Under the pieces are notes generated by a model. The model had not been told where the DNA came from and made no database searches. It saw only the letters and a program-made list of their open reading frames with translations. A DNA stretch of 64,000 bases, from positions 4,092,001-4,156,000 of the forward strand of contig CM035362.1 in assembly GCA_020137815.1 (NCBI GenBank), read 5' to 3'. This document shows, piece after piece, positions 1 to 42,477 of this stretch; position 1 is the stretch's first letter; each line of letters opens with the position of its first letter. A program made the translations under genes and the position numbers. This DNA is from Hormiphora californensis (Eukaryota > Animalia > Ctenophora).

Positions 1-18
1 ACACAATGGTGGTATGTA

Positions 19-1026
19 GGCCAGTCACTTTTTGCTTAATTGGTGAACTGAGACATAACAAAGGTTTTCCACTTGTATTGTACTCCTATGGGGTCCTAGA
101 AACACCAAAAAAATTTTTCACTCCAACCGAGGTGAAGAAAGTGCCCAAAATGGCCACGCCCTTTTTGCCTGTATTTTCAGCCTTGACCAAAAATAGCAAC
201 TTTGCTTTGGATTGGAGTAGAAACGTAAATGAGGGCACTAAAATGTGTAGAATGAGCAGCAGAATCGATTGGTACCAAGCAGAAGTCGCTATCTCATCAG
301 GTTCGAGAGATAATTGGATAATTAGGTATGCGCATAACCGTTTTTGAGCCATATGGCTATAGCCGCTCAGGAGCGGTTTCAGAAATTTTGCTTCACAGGA
401 GCTTGTTCAGCATATAAAAATTAGTGGGGGTAACAAATATAAAGTTTTTATCGCATAAGGTCAATGAGTTATTCAACTTTAAAGATCGAAAAATGAGGGT
501 AAAATGAAGGAAAATGACCAAATTTCGACTTTTTACACCCATTTTTCGATCTTTAAAGTTGAATAACTCATTGACCTTATGCGATAAAAACTTCATATTT
601 GTTACCCCCACTAAATTTTATATGCTGAACAAGCTCCTGTGAAGCCAAATTTCTGAAACCGCTCCTGAGTGGCTATAGCCATATGGCTCAAAAACGGTTA
701 TGCGCATACCTAATTATCCAATTATCTTTCGAACCTGATGAGATAGCGACTTCTGCTTGGTACTAATCGATTCTGCTGCTCATTCTACACATTTTAGTGC
801 CCCCATTTACGTTTCTACTCCAATCCAAAGCAAAGTTGCTATTTTTGGTCAAGGCTGAAAATACAGGCAAAAAGGGTGTGGCCATTTTGGGCACTTTCTT
901 CACCTCGGTTGGAGTGAAAAATTTTTTTGGTGTTTCTAGGACCCCATAGGAGTACAATACAAGTGGAAAACCTTTGTTATGTCTCAGTTCACCAAACGGC
1001 CCCAAAATGACAAAAAATGACTGGCC
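19..1026. mobile_element. ~1-kb foldback/MITE made almost entirely of two inverted arms, flanked by TA
   Basis: TA|GGCCAGTCA...TGACTGGCC|TA; 19-~500 is the near-perfect reverse complement of ~535-1026; no transposase. Confidence 0.85.
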
Positions 1027-1408
1027 TAATGTAGTTGGGTGGTAGTACTCTTTCAATGGGACATAGATCTATCTTTCCCACGCACTATATCCCATGCGAT
1101 TCACAACTCTTACCACCATCAGAAGCCCCCTTCCATGTCTATAATAAGCTGGAACAGCACAGTGTTATAGCATTGTCCTCAACACTGTTTATTATATTGC
1201 CTTTATTGGATAAAGTAGTGTCGACTATATATAATAGTCTATTGTCTTAATCCCAACAAACAAAGATTAAATCATTCCAACTGAGCATGCCATTGTCGAA
1301 GTATGGGTGAAAAACACGGCAATAAGCACATACACATTCTTTGCTGTCTCTTGTTAATAAGCTCTATATTTTAACTAGCTTCTTCTCAGCTAAACAGATG
1401 AAAGGAGA

Positions 1409-1710
1409 AAAACCGACTCATATTCAATTATATGTTTCTGTCTCCTTATAATTAATTATAATGGCCCTTAAAAACCGACTCATATTCCATTATATGTTTA
1501 CTCATAATTGATTATAATGTCCCTTAAAAACCGACTCATATTCCATATGTTTACTCATAATTGATTATAATGGCCCTTAAAAACCGACTCATATTCCATA
1601 TGTTTCTGTCGACTCATACATATTATGAGGAGACAGAAACATTTAATTGACAGCCACGACTAAAATGCAATGAGTCGGTTTTAAGGGCCATTATCAATTA
1701 TGGGACTCAT
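1409..1710. repeat. ~55-60 bp tandem repeat (aaaaccgactcatattcc...), about 4 copies, followed by an inverted copy
   Basis: Direct copies near 1409, 1470, 1526 and 1580; reverse copy atgagtcggttttaagggcc near 1670. Confidence 0.65.
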
Positions 1711-1997
1711 ACACCCGCACAGTCGTGTTCCTCTATACTTTCTAGTTCACATTATGGGACTCATTCCATTTGAGCTTCAGCTTCGTGGCCCTGTTAATTA
1801 GCTAGGTAATTAATACACACATACATAACGTTGAACAATGTGCGTGTACCACGCGGCCCCCATTGTTTTACAATACCCGCCGCGGTCCCTCAAATGACAT
1901 TATGTCGGGCCGGTATTCAAACAATGAAAGTTTTCCCATACACTCACTTTTTTACCTTTGTTTCTCTTCGTCGTGTAATAAACATATAATTTGAAAT

Positions 1998-2106
1998 CAG
2001 GAACCGACCGAATTAAGTAAACAGCCAATCAGAACTCGGTATTTAGGTCACTTGACTGGTAATCAGCCAATCAGGGACTAGTATTTCCTGATTCGGTCGG
2101 TTCCTG
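1998..2106. mobile_element. 109-bp hAT-like MITE (family M1, CAGGAACCGACCG TIR)
   Basis: TIR caggaaccgaccga...tcggtcggttcctg; exact 8-bp TSD tttgaaat. Confidence 0.9.
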
Positions 2107-2535
2107 TTTGAAATTAATAATCGAGGACTCTCAATATACTTTATACAATATCGCTTTTCGCTTTGTTTCTCCTTTTCAACATTATATTGATCTTTTTGTA
2201 CTGCTATTTATATTTTAGACCTTTAGATCTTGATTATTTTGTTTAAATGAGGTAGTGGATTGGAGCTGGAGAATTGCACAGCTCTGTATTTCCCTGCCCC
2301 TTCAGCCGAGTTACCACACCTTCAATTTCTCTAGCCCTGATCCCAGCGATTTAAACATGTACTCTCGCCGGACCTCACATGAGCGAGCCTCCTTGATTTT
2401 CCTCCTATCTCTGGTTGGGTTGGTGTATGGTAAGGGTGCTGGTGGGAAGGCTAAGGGAGGTGCCGGAACGGGACAAGAGGGTATGAACTACGCTGCTTCA
2501 CATTGCAGAGGTGAGACAAACTATCATATATACGC

Positions 2536-2644
2536 CAGGAACCGATCGAAACAAGTAAACAACCAATCATAACTCGTTATTTAGGTCACGTGACTGGTTA
2601 TCCGCCAATCAGGGACCAGTATTTTCTGATTCGGTCGGTTCCTG
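2536..2644. mobile_element. M1 MITE
   Basis: Full-length copy with both TIRs; TSD not clean. Confidence 0.85.
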
Positions 2645-3290
2645 ACGCATAGTCACTAACATTGTGATTAGGAACTGCAATATAACTATGTATAAGCTTT
2701 TTAAAACATCATTGAAGAAATCTATTGTAGTTTTTATAACTTTACTGGACTCCATTTAGTTGCTCTGTCTGTCCATTCAGTTTGAAGGGTTGTGTGATTT
2801 CATTGATTGAATACCTTCCAAATAAAAACAGTTCTGGATTAACAACGGACCCAGAATTGTCTTCTTTTCGGGGTTTTGTTTCGGTTTCTTAGGATTGGTC
2901 ATGATTCATGTTCTCAATTTATCTTTTTTTACATGACGCGATGCTACTACCATCATGTTTGATGCTCTAAAAATAGCATCAAACAGGACCTTTGTCCTGT
3001 TTCATTCATTCTGATAGCGCTCCTTTATATTATAGGCCCCTCTCTCTTTCTTTCTCTCTCTCTTCTCTCTCTGTTATCGAAAACAATTGGAATCAACAAG
3101 CAGTATTGTTAGTAAACGGAAAAACAATGACTTCACAGCAACAACAATATGAATCTGGACCTGTGCAAAAAGGCCCCTCGCTCCACGCGACATCATGGCA
3201 ACAAAAAGGCCCGTACGGGATTATCAGTTGTACTTAATAGATCTGTGTAGCCCACTGTACCGCATTCCGCCATTCTGTTTTGTTTTTCAG

Positions 3291-5089
3291 CTCTGTTTCC
3301 GTCTTTTACTTTTTGCAATTACAGTTCCAATGGTCATGATTCAAGGTAAGAAACGAATTGTGGTAGTAGCTGGTAGTTCCCTTCGTGGGGTAAGGAGCAA
3401 AATAAATAGTTTTATGCGGCATCAGGCATGGCTTCATGGGGACCGAACCTATATTTTTTTCAGGGCCATGCAAACATCTGACTGTCACATACACAAAACA
3501 AAATTCCCGGAACAACAACTAAAAATAGACACAATTCAAGGCCTTTTGTGTTTACTTATTATGCCCAGTTCTTATGCCATGCAAATATATCTGACTTGGT
3601 CACATACACAAAACAAAATTCCCGGAACAACAACTAAAAATAGACACAATTCAAGGCCTTTTGTGTTTACTTATTATGCCACCATTATACACCACTTCTT
3701 CACTTTGTGTTCTTAGTATGTTGCTCTTCCACTCAGTTGTCTTGTTCTTGTGTGTGTTAGAAGGGGAGGGTAAGGGTGGAGGAAAGGGTGGAGCGGTTGC
3801 AGGTGGTGGCGCTTCCCCAACCATCCACAGTGATGCACGTACGAATATATAATTGGGTGTATTTATGAATGAGTAGTTGAGTGTATTTATGAAGGAGTAG
3901 TTGAGTGTATTTATGAAGGAGTAGTTGAGTGTATTTATGAAGGAGTAGTTGAGTGTATTTATGAAGGAGTAGTTGAGTGTATTTATGAAGGCGTAGTTGA
4001 GTGTATTTATGAAGGAGTAGTTGAGTGTATTTATGAAGGAGTAATTGGGTGTATTTATGAAGGCGTAATTGGGTGTATTTATGAAGGAGCAACATGGGAT
4101 TTTAACACGTCGTGTTATTTCAGAGTGCAACTGGATGATTTACGGGCCCATTTTGGGGACGATATTATTGATCACGTTGTGTGTACTTTACGATAAAGTC
4201 AACAACTGTATAATACGAAAAAGGGTAGGCAAATAAAATGTTATGTTACCCCCATCCCTCATTAAAAAGAGATGGAGGTTGGGAAGCCAGAATTGTATTT
4301 AAAAAAATCATTTTTAAATTTATTTTCACTTTTCAGTACGATAAAAGAAAGTTATCAATGACGGAGTCAAAACTAACAACCCGGAAATCAGAATCAGTGA
4401 AAGATGATACCTGTAATATGGTAAGACTAAAACTAAAAATACCCTCACTTGGGTTTTGTGAAATTTCTCCCGTTCATAACTCCAACCCTGATAAGATAGA
4501 GACTTAGGAAGATTATGAGAATAGTTAGTTTTACTGCCACAACTAATGTGATTGAAATTAAAACATTTCAGGTTGATGCAGATTTATTGAGTGAGATAAA
4601 TAGCGACCATAATCAGCTTCTCTACTTGGACCAACTTGGAAAATCCGATTACAAGTATGTTGATCAATGATCCAACCAGGAAATACTGGTCCCTGATTGG
4701 CTGATAACCAGTCACGTGACCTAAATAACCAGTTATGATTGGTTGTTTATTTGTTTCGGGCAGTTCATGGATCCGACTATCTCAGACTGTCTCCCGTGTT
4801 CTAACCCTCCTTGGTTGAAGAGCCGGATGTTCAAATTCAGATTTAAAATATTCAGAAATCAAGTCCACCTCCCATCCGAATTCCCCGACTCATTGAATTG
4901 GCATTTGGTAAGATATTATCATCTAACCTGATATTTCTATTCCAGGTACCACAACCTAAAAAGAGGATCCCTGGACACAGCACCACCACCACCACCCCAG
5001 CAGCGAGGTGCAGCCCAACAGCACTACCCCACACTTCCCCCCACCACCCAACATTACCCCCCAGTTGCCCGGTCAGCATCACTCCCTAA
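3291..5089 (+). CDS. Multi-exon gene for a small membrane protein of unknown function (5' incomplete)
   Basis: Phase-compatible GT-AG exons 3291-3345, 4124-4224, 4337-4420, 4572-4654, 4856-4907, 4947-5089: LCFRLLLFAITVPMVMIQECNWMIYGPILGTILLITLCVLYDKVNNCIIRKRYDKRK...; two hydrophobic segments, then a basic stretch. Confidence 0.5.
3465..3682. repeat. ~111-bp tandem duplication (2 copies)
   Basis: gccatgcaaa...cacatacacaaaacaaaattcccggaacaac...ttattatgcc occurs twice. Confidence 0.8.
3850..4089. repeat. 24-bp minisatellite (gtgtatttatgaaggagtagttga), about 10 copies
   Basis: Direct tandem copies. Confidence 0.95.
4677..4760 (-). mobile_element. M1 MITE, partial, reverse orientation
   Basis: caggaaatactggtccctgattggctgataaccagtcacgtgacc. 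Confidence 0.8.
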
Positions 5090-5270
5090 ATCATCGCCCG
5101 GCCAGATCCACCCGGGACACCCCTACTACCAGACCCAGCATCAAATCGCACAGGAGACCTTCCCCCTGACACCCGCCGATAGGAAGACGAAGAAGATGGG
5201 ACGGATAAAGGAGCAGCAACAACCAAGGACTGCCGAGCAGATTGTGTAGTGAGATGAGGAGAAGGGTGGT

Positions 5271-5376
<106 letters not shown>

Positions 5377-5960
5377 AATGAACAGTGGATTGAAGGGGCA
5401 GAGATGGTGAGGCGAATGGGTTTGGATCAGGAAGTTGATATTTCGTTGAAAGAAAGAATGACGTACGGAAAAGCTGGACTTATAATTCAAACTTTGTTTC
5501 AATAAGATACGATAAGAAACTCTGTATGAATAGTATGAACATATTGTTCATATTGTTCATTGAACAGTACACTGTAATGCGGCACAGAAAGAGAGAGATT
5601 AAAAGAGAGAGGGAGAGAAAGAGAGGGAGAGATTAAAAGACATTATAGTATGATGATATGGTGACCCAGAAGGAAGAACTTAATATTTGAGTAGAGGAAC
5701 CTAAAATACAGAAACACTATTTTTGGTTAAATTATATACAGCAAGGGAATGTTAATTTTATTTTAAACCAGTTTTATCGTTTTGTTGACATTTGTGTATT
5801 AGGGCATGCAAGGTCCTCTATAGTTTAAAGGCTGGGGTACCAACACTGAACACACCAAATAGGGGAGAAAATTAGGGGGGGGGGGTTATCCCTTGCTTTG
5901 TGTCATGGGATATCACAGTTGAGAATTTGAGATATAATTTTCACCCCCTGCCACACTTAC

Positions 5961-36341
<30,381 letters not shown>

Positions 36342-36350
36342 GCGCACATT

Positions 36351-36800
36351 TTCACTACCTACTATAGAGATAGAGATAGAGATAGAGATACAAGGAGAAC
36401 AGTTTCACTACCTACTAAAGTCGGATTTTTTGAAACTGTCACCCCCCTGGAGTTTTCAAAATCGTTAAATGACCATAAGTCCGGTTCCTGATGAGATAGA
36501 GACTTGAAATTTGGAGGTTACGAAGATCTTGCTAAGTTCTTCCGAACCTCCAAATTTCAAGTCGCTATCTTATCAGGAACCGGAGATATGACAAATTTTG
36601 TTATTTCAGGGGGTGACAGTTTCAAAAAATCCGACTTTATAGAGATAGGGATAGAGATACAAGGAGAACATGTTCACTACCTACTATAGAGATAGGGATA
36701 GAGATAGAGATACAAGGAGACAATTTTCACTACCTACTATAGAGATAGAGATAGAGATACAAGGAGAACAGTTTCACTACCTACTATAGAGATACAAGGA
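36351..36800 (-). repeat. Tandem repeat of the acceptor upstream of the first SMG1 coding exon (ctctatag|TAGGTAGTGAA), about 5 copies
   Basis: ttcactacctactatagagatagagatagagatacaaggagaaca units. Confidence 0.8.
36418..36637. mobile_element. TA-flanked MITE inserted in one repeat unit
   Basis: TA|AAGTCGGATTTTTTGAAACTGTCACCCCCC...GGGGGTGACAGTTTCAAAAAATCCGACTT|TA. Confidence 0.85.
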
Positions 36801-36988
36801 GGGGAGGTAAGGGATAAACGAGATTGAAACTGAAGTTTTGTGTAACACAACTCAATGGAATGTATATAGGGAAAATATGGGGAGTAGAAAATAACTTAAT
36901 ATAGTACACTAAGAGATCAGAGTCCAAAACACACAAAATAACTTCCACAGGATCGAGGTGATGATACACAAGACATCTACAAAACAGT

Positions 36989-37540
36989 TTACTTGAGGAC
37001 GTGGAAAAGGTGGCCCTGAGACACCTGAAATATAGAGGGTGTTAAGTTTCAAGTTGCTTATTATCAAAGGGCAAATTGATCTCGTACTAAGACAAGATGA
37101 CATGAATAGCATTATATATAGCTCAAAAGCGATTTGTAAATGTATAACATTAATCATTATTGCTAGCAACTTACACATTTGTCCCTGCATTCCAGAAGAT
37201 CAAAGTACTCCGGGGTGCAGTTCTCTTTCGCTCCCTCGTTGGTCACCCTGTTCTGGCAGGAGTTAAACGCATGCTTGAATCCCATACAATCGAACGAATC
37301 GACACACTTCTTCCTCTCGGCGATGATGGGATCCTTCAACTCATCCTCATCTTCTTCGTCGCCCTCATCGTCTTCATCTTCATCTTCATCTTCCTCTTCT
37401 TCCTCGGCTTCCTCCTCATCCTCATCTTCATCCTCAGCCTCGACAGAGAGGGCGACACAATCCTCAGTCTCTACAACGTCATCAACAACGGGCTCCTCCT
37501 CGACAGTCTCGATCTCCTCTTCGTGGGTAATCTCAGTCAT
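36989..37540 (-). CDS. UQCRH: Cytochrome b-c1 complex subunit 6 (hinge protein, QCR6)
   Basis: Exons 37540-37175 and 37024-36989; long acidic N-terminus, then ELKDP...C...C...C..RV...ENCTPEYFDLLECRDKC-VSQGHLFHVLK*. Confidence 0.92.
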
Positions 37541-37789
37541 GTTGTTGGTGGGTTGGTGTGGAGCTAGGGGAAGCAGTAAATGGGTTATACAAAGTTGTAA
37601 TAAGCCCGTTGACGGACGGTCACTTGCTGTCGTTTAGCCCAACATCAGTCAAAATTTGAAAAACAAAAACTCTGGGAACAACGTGCGACGTTGAAAAAAA
37701 TATAACGTCAACACCGATTTCTATCACTTATCAACAGCCGACTGCCGAGTGCCGAGTTGAAAAGCGCTGCCTTATCCCGCGGGCCGCGA

Positions 37790-38545
37790 TTATAATCTGG
37801 GTGCCTTACAGCCTCTTTAGGTGCGCGCTACCAAAAGAGTACACTCAGACCGACTTTTTTCAAGCGGCTATGCCACGCAACCACATGGCCAATTTGAGTA
37901 AACTAAACGGTATCTGTTAGAGAATCGATAGCCCTAACCGATAACCCCAAACCAAACCCTAACCAGACCCTAACGGATAGCCCTAACCCGTCGCGCGCGC
38001 TAAATCTACGAATTATTAGCAATGAAAGGCATCCAGATTTTAACGTTTTCCGGGCCGCACTGCTTTTGCCAAAAATTGGGTCGCAGGTGGGCTTGAAATG
38101 TGATTGTGCGCGGCTTTCGACAGTATTTCCTTTACATCATTATCGCCGCATTAAACGTAGCGCGCGAAAAATAAACATTTATGCGACGTCGCGGCTCAAA
38201 ATCATACACAATTCAATGCGGGCACGATTAAATTTTTAACCAGTTGTCAGCACTCACGAAACGGCCAGCGTTAAAATCTGGGTGTTTTGGGAGTGCTGAC
38301 AAACGGTTTTTTAGGGTTAGGGCTAAAGTAGGGTTAGGGTTAGGGTTGGGGTTTGGGTTGGGGTTAGGCCTTGACATTCCCTACCAGATAAACTTTGAAT
38401 CAGCCAAAACGGTTGAGTGGTTTGGCGGTTAGAGCCATTTTAGTGAATCAACTTTTTTGGCAGCGCGCACCTGTAAACAGGCCTCCAAACACCCAGATCG
38501 TAACGGCGCCCTCACGAAACACCCAGATTTTAACGCTGGCCGTTT
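37790..38545. mobile_element. Degenerate inverted-repeat element with internal TTAGGG-like repeats
   Basis: ccctaacc arm at 37932-37990 vs agggttagggtt arm at 38311-38368; inverted ggtgcgcgct/agcgcgcacc. Confidence 0.45.
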
Positions 38546-38569
38546 ATTACCTACCAGATAAACTTTGAA

Positions 38570-41500
38570 CTAAAACATGTTATCGGGCCTACGCATGTGA
38601 GGGGTGGCACACTTGATTTGGTGCTAACCAGGGATGCAGACCTTACGGCGTTGGACGGACTGGAAACTTATAGGGCACCTGCTCTTCCTGATCATTCACT
38701 AGTGAGCTTCTCTGTAAATGTGGCTGGCTGTAGTTCTAACAGTGAGTTTAAGCTAGTTACAAGCCGAAAAATGAAAGACCTTAACATTGAGGATCTTAGG
38801 GAAGACATTCTTCAGTCGGATCTTTGTGATGAGTTACCTGATGACCTGGACCAGTGTGTTGAGCTGTATGTCTCGGTGTTGACGGGGTTTATGGATAGTC
38901 GGGCGCCCGTGGTTATTAGGAAGGTTAAAACTCGCAGTAATAAATGGTTCACACAGAACTATGAGATCTGCCAGGGGGCAAGAAGGGAAAGAAGGAGGAA
39001 AGAAAGGAAGTATAGGGCAATTCTTCGGACCAAAACAGACCCTGTTGTGATACTCAACTTCTTTGAGGAGTGTAAAGCACAGGAGAAGGAAACTGATAAA
39101 ATCCTGACGGGAGTAAGAGAAAACTACTTCGCGGCTCGTCTCGAAGAACAACAGCATGACCCTCGGGCTACTTGGCAAACTTCGAACCACCTTCTGGGGA
39201 GGGAAAATGTTGAAGTCATGCCTGGGAACATTGAAAAAGGCAAGCTTGCTGACACCTTCATGGGAGCTTTTAAAGGGAAGGTTGAGAAAATCTATCGACG
39301 AATGGAGGAGAAGTGCCACAATCACGTTCAACCTGTCTCCATGACTACACAAAGTGACTCGCCATCATCTGTTCCGATTTTCAAATTTGAGCCGGTTTCT
39401 GATGAAGTGCTTCGGTCTACCATCATGGAAATGAGCACGAAACACTGTACCCTTGATCCTATACCAACATCCTTTGTACGAAAACTGTTCGGTGAACTAC
39501 TTCCTATCTTGTCGAAAATAGTTAATGATAGCTTGTCATCGGGGGTTTTTCCTACGGCTTTAAAAACGGCATTGATTCGTCCAACCATCAAGAAGGCAAA
39601 TCTTGACCCGGATGACTTGGGGAACTATCGACCGGTGAGTAATCTTCCGTTCCTTGGAAAGCTAATAGAGAAGTGTGCAGCGGACCAGTTTGTAAGGCAC
39701 CTGGAGGATAACAATTTACTCTCGAAGAAACAGTCTGCATATCGTCGACACAAAAGTTGCGAAACTGCCACCTTACGGATCTTTGATGATCTACTGACTC
39801 TGACTGATGACAAGTCGAAGGTAGTACTGTTGTTGTTAGACTTAAGTGCTGCTTTTGATACAGTGAATCATGTGATACTTCTGAAGCGGCTAGAAAAGTT
39901 GTATGGAGTAAAGGGGACTACTCTGAATTGGTTTCAGAGTTACTTAACGGGGCGTAATGCTGCAGTGGTGTTGGGGGATATGAAGTCAGCCCTTGCTGAA
40001 CTATCCATCGGAGTTCCACAGGGGTCTATTTTAGGGCCGATATTGTTCATTTGTTACACGACTGAGCTAGAAGCCATTGCTGATCGACATGGTGTTGGTA
40101 TTCACTTTTATGCGGATGATACACAGGTCTATGCGGCATATTCCTCGGATGATATCTCAGAGGTAGAACAAAAGTTAAGGCGTTGTGTCTCTGATATACA
40201 GGCCTGGCTCACGACAAACTTCCTTCAACTTAACCCAACTAAGACTGAAGTACTGATTTTGTCCCCGAGAGGTAGTAGTTCTGTTGACTCTATGCAGCTG
40301 TTTGAAGATAGTGGGCCCTCATTGGTAACGAGTTCGGCGAAGAACCTCGGGGTGTACTTTGACTCGAAGCTGTCCTTAGATGAGCACGTCACGGCTGTGG
40401 TCAGGTCATGTAAATCTACTCTGGTTAATCTGTGGCGAATTGCCGGAAAGCTATCTCGGAAGCTTAGGACAATATTGGTATGCAGCTTAGTTCATTCAAA
40501 AATAGACTACTGCAATTCTCTGATGTCTGGGATGACTAAACGGAATGTTGCTGAGTTACAAAAGGTACAAAATGCAGCAGCTAGATTCATTTATGGACAG
40601 AGGAGGTGGCAAGGCACAACGACGTTGCGTAAGGCATTACATTTCCTACCAGTGAGCGAAAGGATCAATTTCAAAACCTGTGTTTTGGTCTATAAATGTC
40701 TGAACGGCCTTGCACCCGAATACCTAAGTGGCCTTCTGGAAAAGAGGAAGAAAAAACCAATGACACTTCGTGCAGATTATGATGATCTTCTTCTAGAAAC
40801 TCCGCATCCCAAATACAAAACAACGGAAAGGGCTTTCAGTGTATCAGGGCCTAAGCTATGGAACAATCTTCCGCGGGAACTCCGTCGATCTAGGACTTTA
40901 CAGAGGTTCAAAACTGATCTAAAAACACTGTTGTTTTCCAAGGCCTTCTCTGAGTAGCATGTTATTATGTGTGTAGTTGCTAGTAAGGGATGATATGGAT
41001 TTGAATATTGAACTTTCAAGACGGGATCCTGGGAGATAGGGTACTGAGTAGATTATATTATTGAAATGTTTCTGTATGTTTCGTCCTCCTCAGCAAAAAA
41101 CGGAAAAATACATGATCGAATGTGAGGTAGTAAAAGTTAAAAAAAGAAAGAGGGATGTCAGAAAAATAATGTGAGAAAAAAGTGTGTGTGAGAATAAAAA
41201 AAAGAATCCCCACCCATGACAGATCTAGACACTGACTTACTTGTAGATACGCCTTTTGGCAACTGTTTGACGTTTACAGTTGACTTTCACACAATGGGAC
41301 TGTGAATTGTGTAGTCTTGGCTACGCAATTCACAGTGCTATATTGCTCTTGGAGGCTTCTACTATGAAGATTAACCCCCTCCAGAGCACCCTATTTTCAG
41401 AACTAAAAGTAAATTCCTAAATCCTGAAATCCTACATGATATCTCCTAAGTGTGAAACTGATATTCCTCCATGATAACCAATAACCATGATAATAATAAT

Positions 41501-41700
41501 CCAAGACAAAGCGAGTCCTAGTCACAATGAACTAATGAGTAATGAGGACAACACTCAATTAGCATTTATTTCTTTATTTTGTTCAGTATGTGGTAGGGTT
41601 GATTATCTCTGGACTCCGTTGGACGTTAGTGAATTTGGTTGTGTGCTTAATTTTTCGTATGTTAAGTACTTGCTTGTGTTTGTATGAATTTGTATGTGTA

Positions 41701-41762
<62 letters not shown>

Positions 41763-42025
41763 GTGTGTGTGTGTTGCATGTATTTGTGTGTCCATCGGTG
41801 TTCAGTCTGTCTTTTGTATCTTATTTATTAATTATCTAAGTCCGTTTTTATTTTTATATTATAATTTATTATCTATGACGACGAGGACGAATGTCTATAG
41901 GTTATTTCAGTGATGAAGCGCTTTAGAAAGCTTGCTATTATCGAGAGGACGCTGTTTAAGCTGATCGAGAATAGCATTATATAGCTCAAAAGCGATTTAA
42001 ATATGTATAATGTTATTGTTATTAT
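38570..42025 (+). mobile_element. 5'-truncated L2/CR1-group LINE
   Basis: Intact ORF2 remnant plus ~1-kb 3' UTR with (GT)n, ending in an AT-rich tail; 3' boundary approximate. Confidence 0.85.
38597..40957 (+). CDS. LINE ORF2: end of APE endonuclease plus reverse transcriptase
   Basis: TLDLVLT...PDH; NYRPVSNLPFLGK; LLDLSAAFDTV; GVPQGSILGP; YADD; RAFSVSGPKLWNNLP. Confidence 0.95.
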   Translation: MRGGTLDLVLTRDADLTALDGLETYRAPALPDHSLVSFSVNVAGCSSNSEFKLVTSRKMKDLNIEDLREDILQSDLCDELPDDLDQCVELYVSVLTGFMDSRAPVVIRKVKTRSNKWFTQNYEICQGARRERRRKERKYRAILRTKTDPVVILNFFEECKAQEKETDKILTGVRENYFAARLEEQQHDPRATWQTSNHLLGRENVEVMPGNIEKGKLADTFMGAFKGKVEKIYRRMEEKCHNHVQPVSMTTQSDSPSSVPIFKFEPVSDEVLRSTIMEMSTKHCTLDPIPTSFVRKLFGELLPILSKIVNDSLSSGVFPTALKTALIRPTIKKANLDPDDLGNYRPVSNLPFLGKLIEKCAADQFVRHLEDNNLLSKKQSAYRRHKSCETATLRIFDDLLTLTDDKSKVVLLLLDLSAAFDTVNHVILLKRLEKLYGVKGTTLNWFQSYLTGRNAAVVLGDMKSALAELSIGVPQGSILGPILFICYTTELEAIADRHGVGIHFYADDTQVYAAYSSDDISEVEQKLRRCVSDIQAWLTTNFLQLNPTKTEVLILSPRGSSSVDSMQLFEDSGPSLVTSSAKNLGVYFDSKLSLDEHVTAVVRSCKSTLVNLWRIAGKLSRKLRTILVCSLVHSKIDYCNSLMSGMTKRNVAELQKVQNAAARFIYGQRRWQGTTTLRKALHFLPVSERINFKTCVLVYKCLNGLAPEYLSGLLEKRKKKPMTLRADYDDLLLETPHPKYKTTERAFSVSGPKLWNNLPRELRRSRTLQRFKTDLKTLLFSKAFSE

Positions 42026-42477
42026 TTATTGTTTAACGGTTAGACACCCCTCCGGTTCCTCCACCCTGCCTTTACAATTTGTTTACACTTTACAGTGTTG
42101 AGTGTTTGTGTATTCCTACCTCATACCTGTCCTTCAACTGTCAACCCATGGCATGGTTCCCATGCCTTTCCATGCCTTTCTTGACTGGGCCAAGGCCGAG
42201 GTTGAAGGAAAGCCAGTGACCCTCTCGTTCCACAGCCAAAAGAAAACTCCCCCTCGCCCAACCACACACAAATCACGGTTGCTCTCTCTACGAGACGACA
42301 CACGGCAAGACAACTCATTGCTGACGTCAATGTGATTTTTGTTTTCAAACACTCCTTCCCAAAAACCCTCCAGCCTCCTATCCCTCGGGCCCCGGCGTTG
42401 ACTAATTCTTACCCTTCTTACCAGAAGTAATATATTCACAATCTAAACGTTCAAACTTTTCAAACAGGATATATAAT

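Noticed and set aside
6-1056. Mirror-image ORFs
   Set aside because: By-product of the palindromic element
3651-4130. INTLNYSF repeat ORF
   Set aside because: 24-bp minisatellite
37160-37637. Plus-strand hydrophobic and Ser-rich ORFs
   Set aside because: Antisense shadows of the acidic UQCRH exon
38311-38368. Interstitial telomere
   Set aside because: Short, degenerate and paired with an inverted arm; more likely transposon-internal
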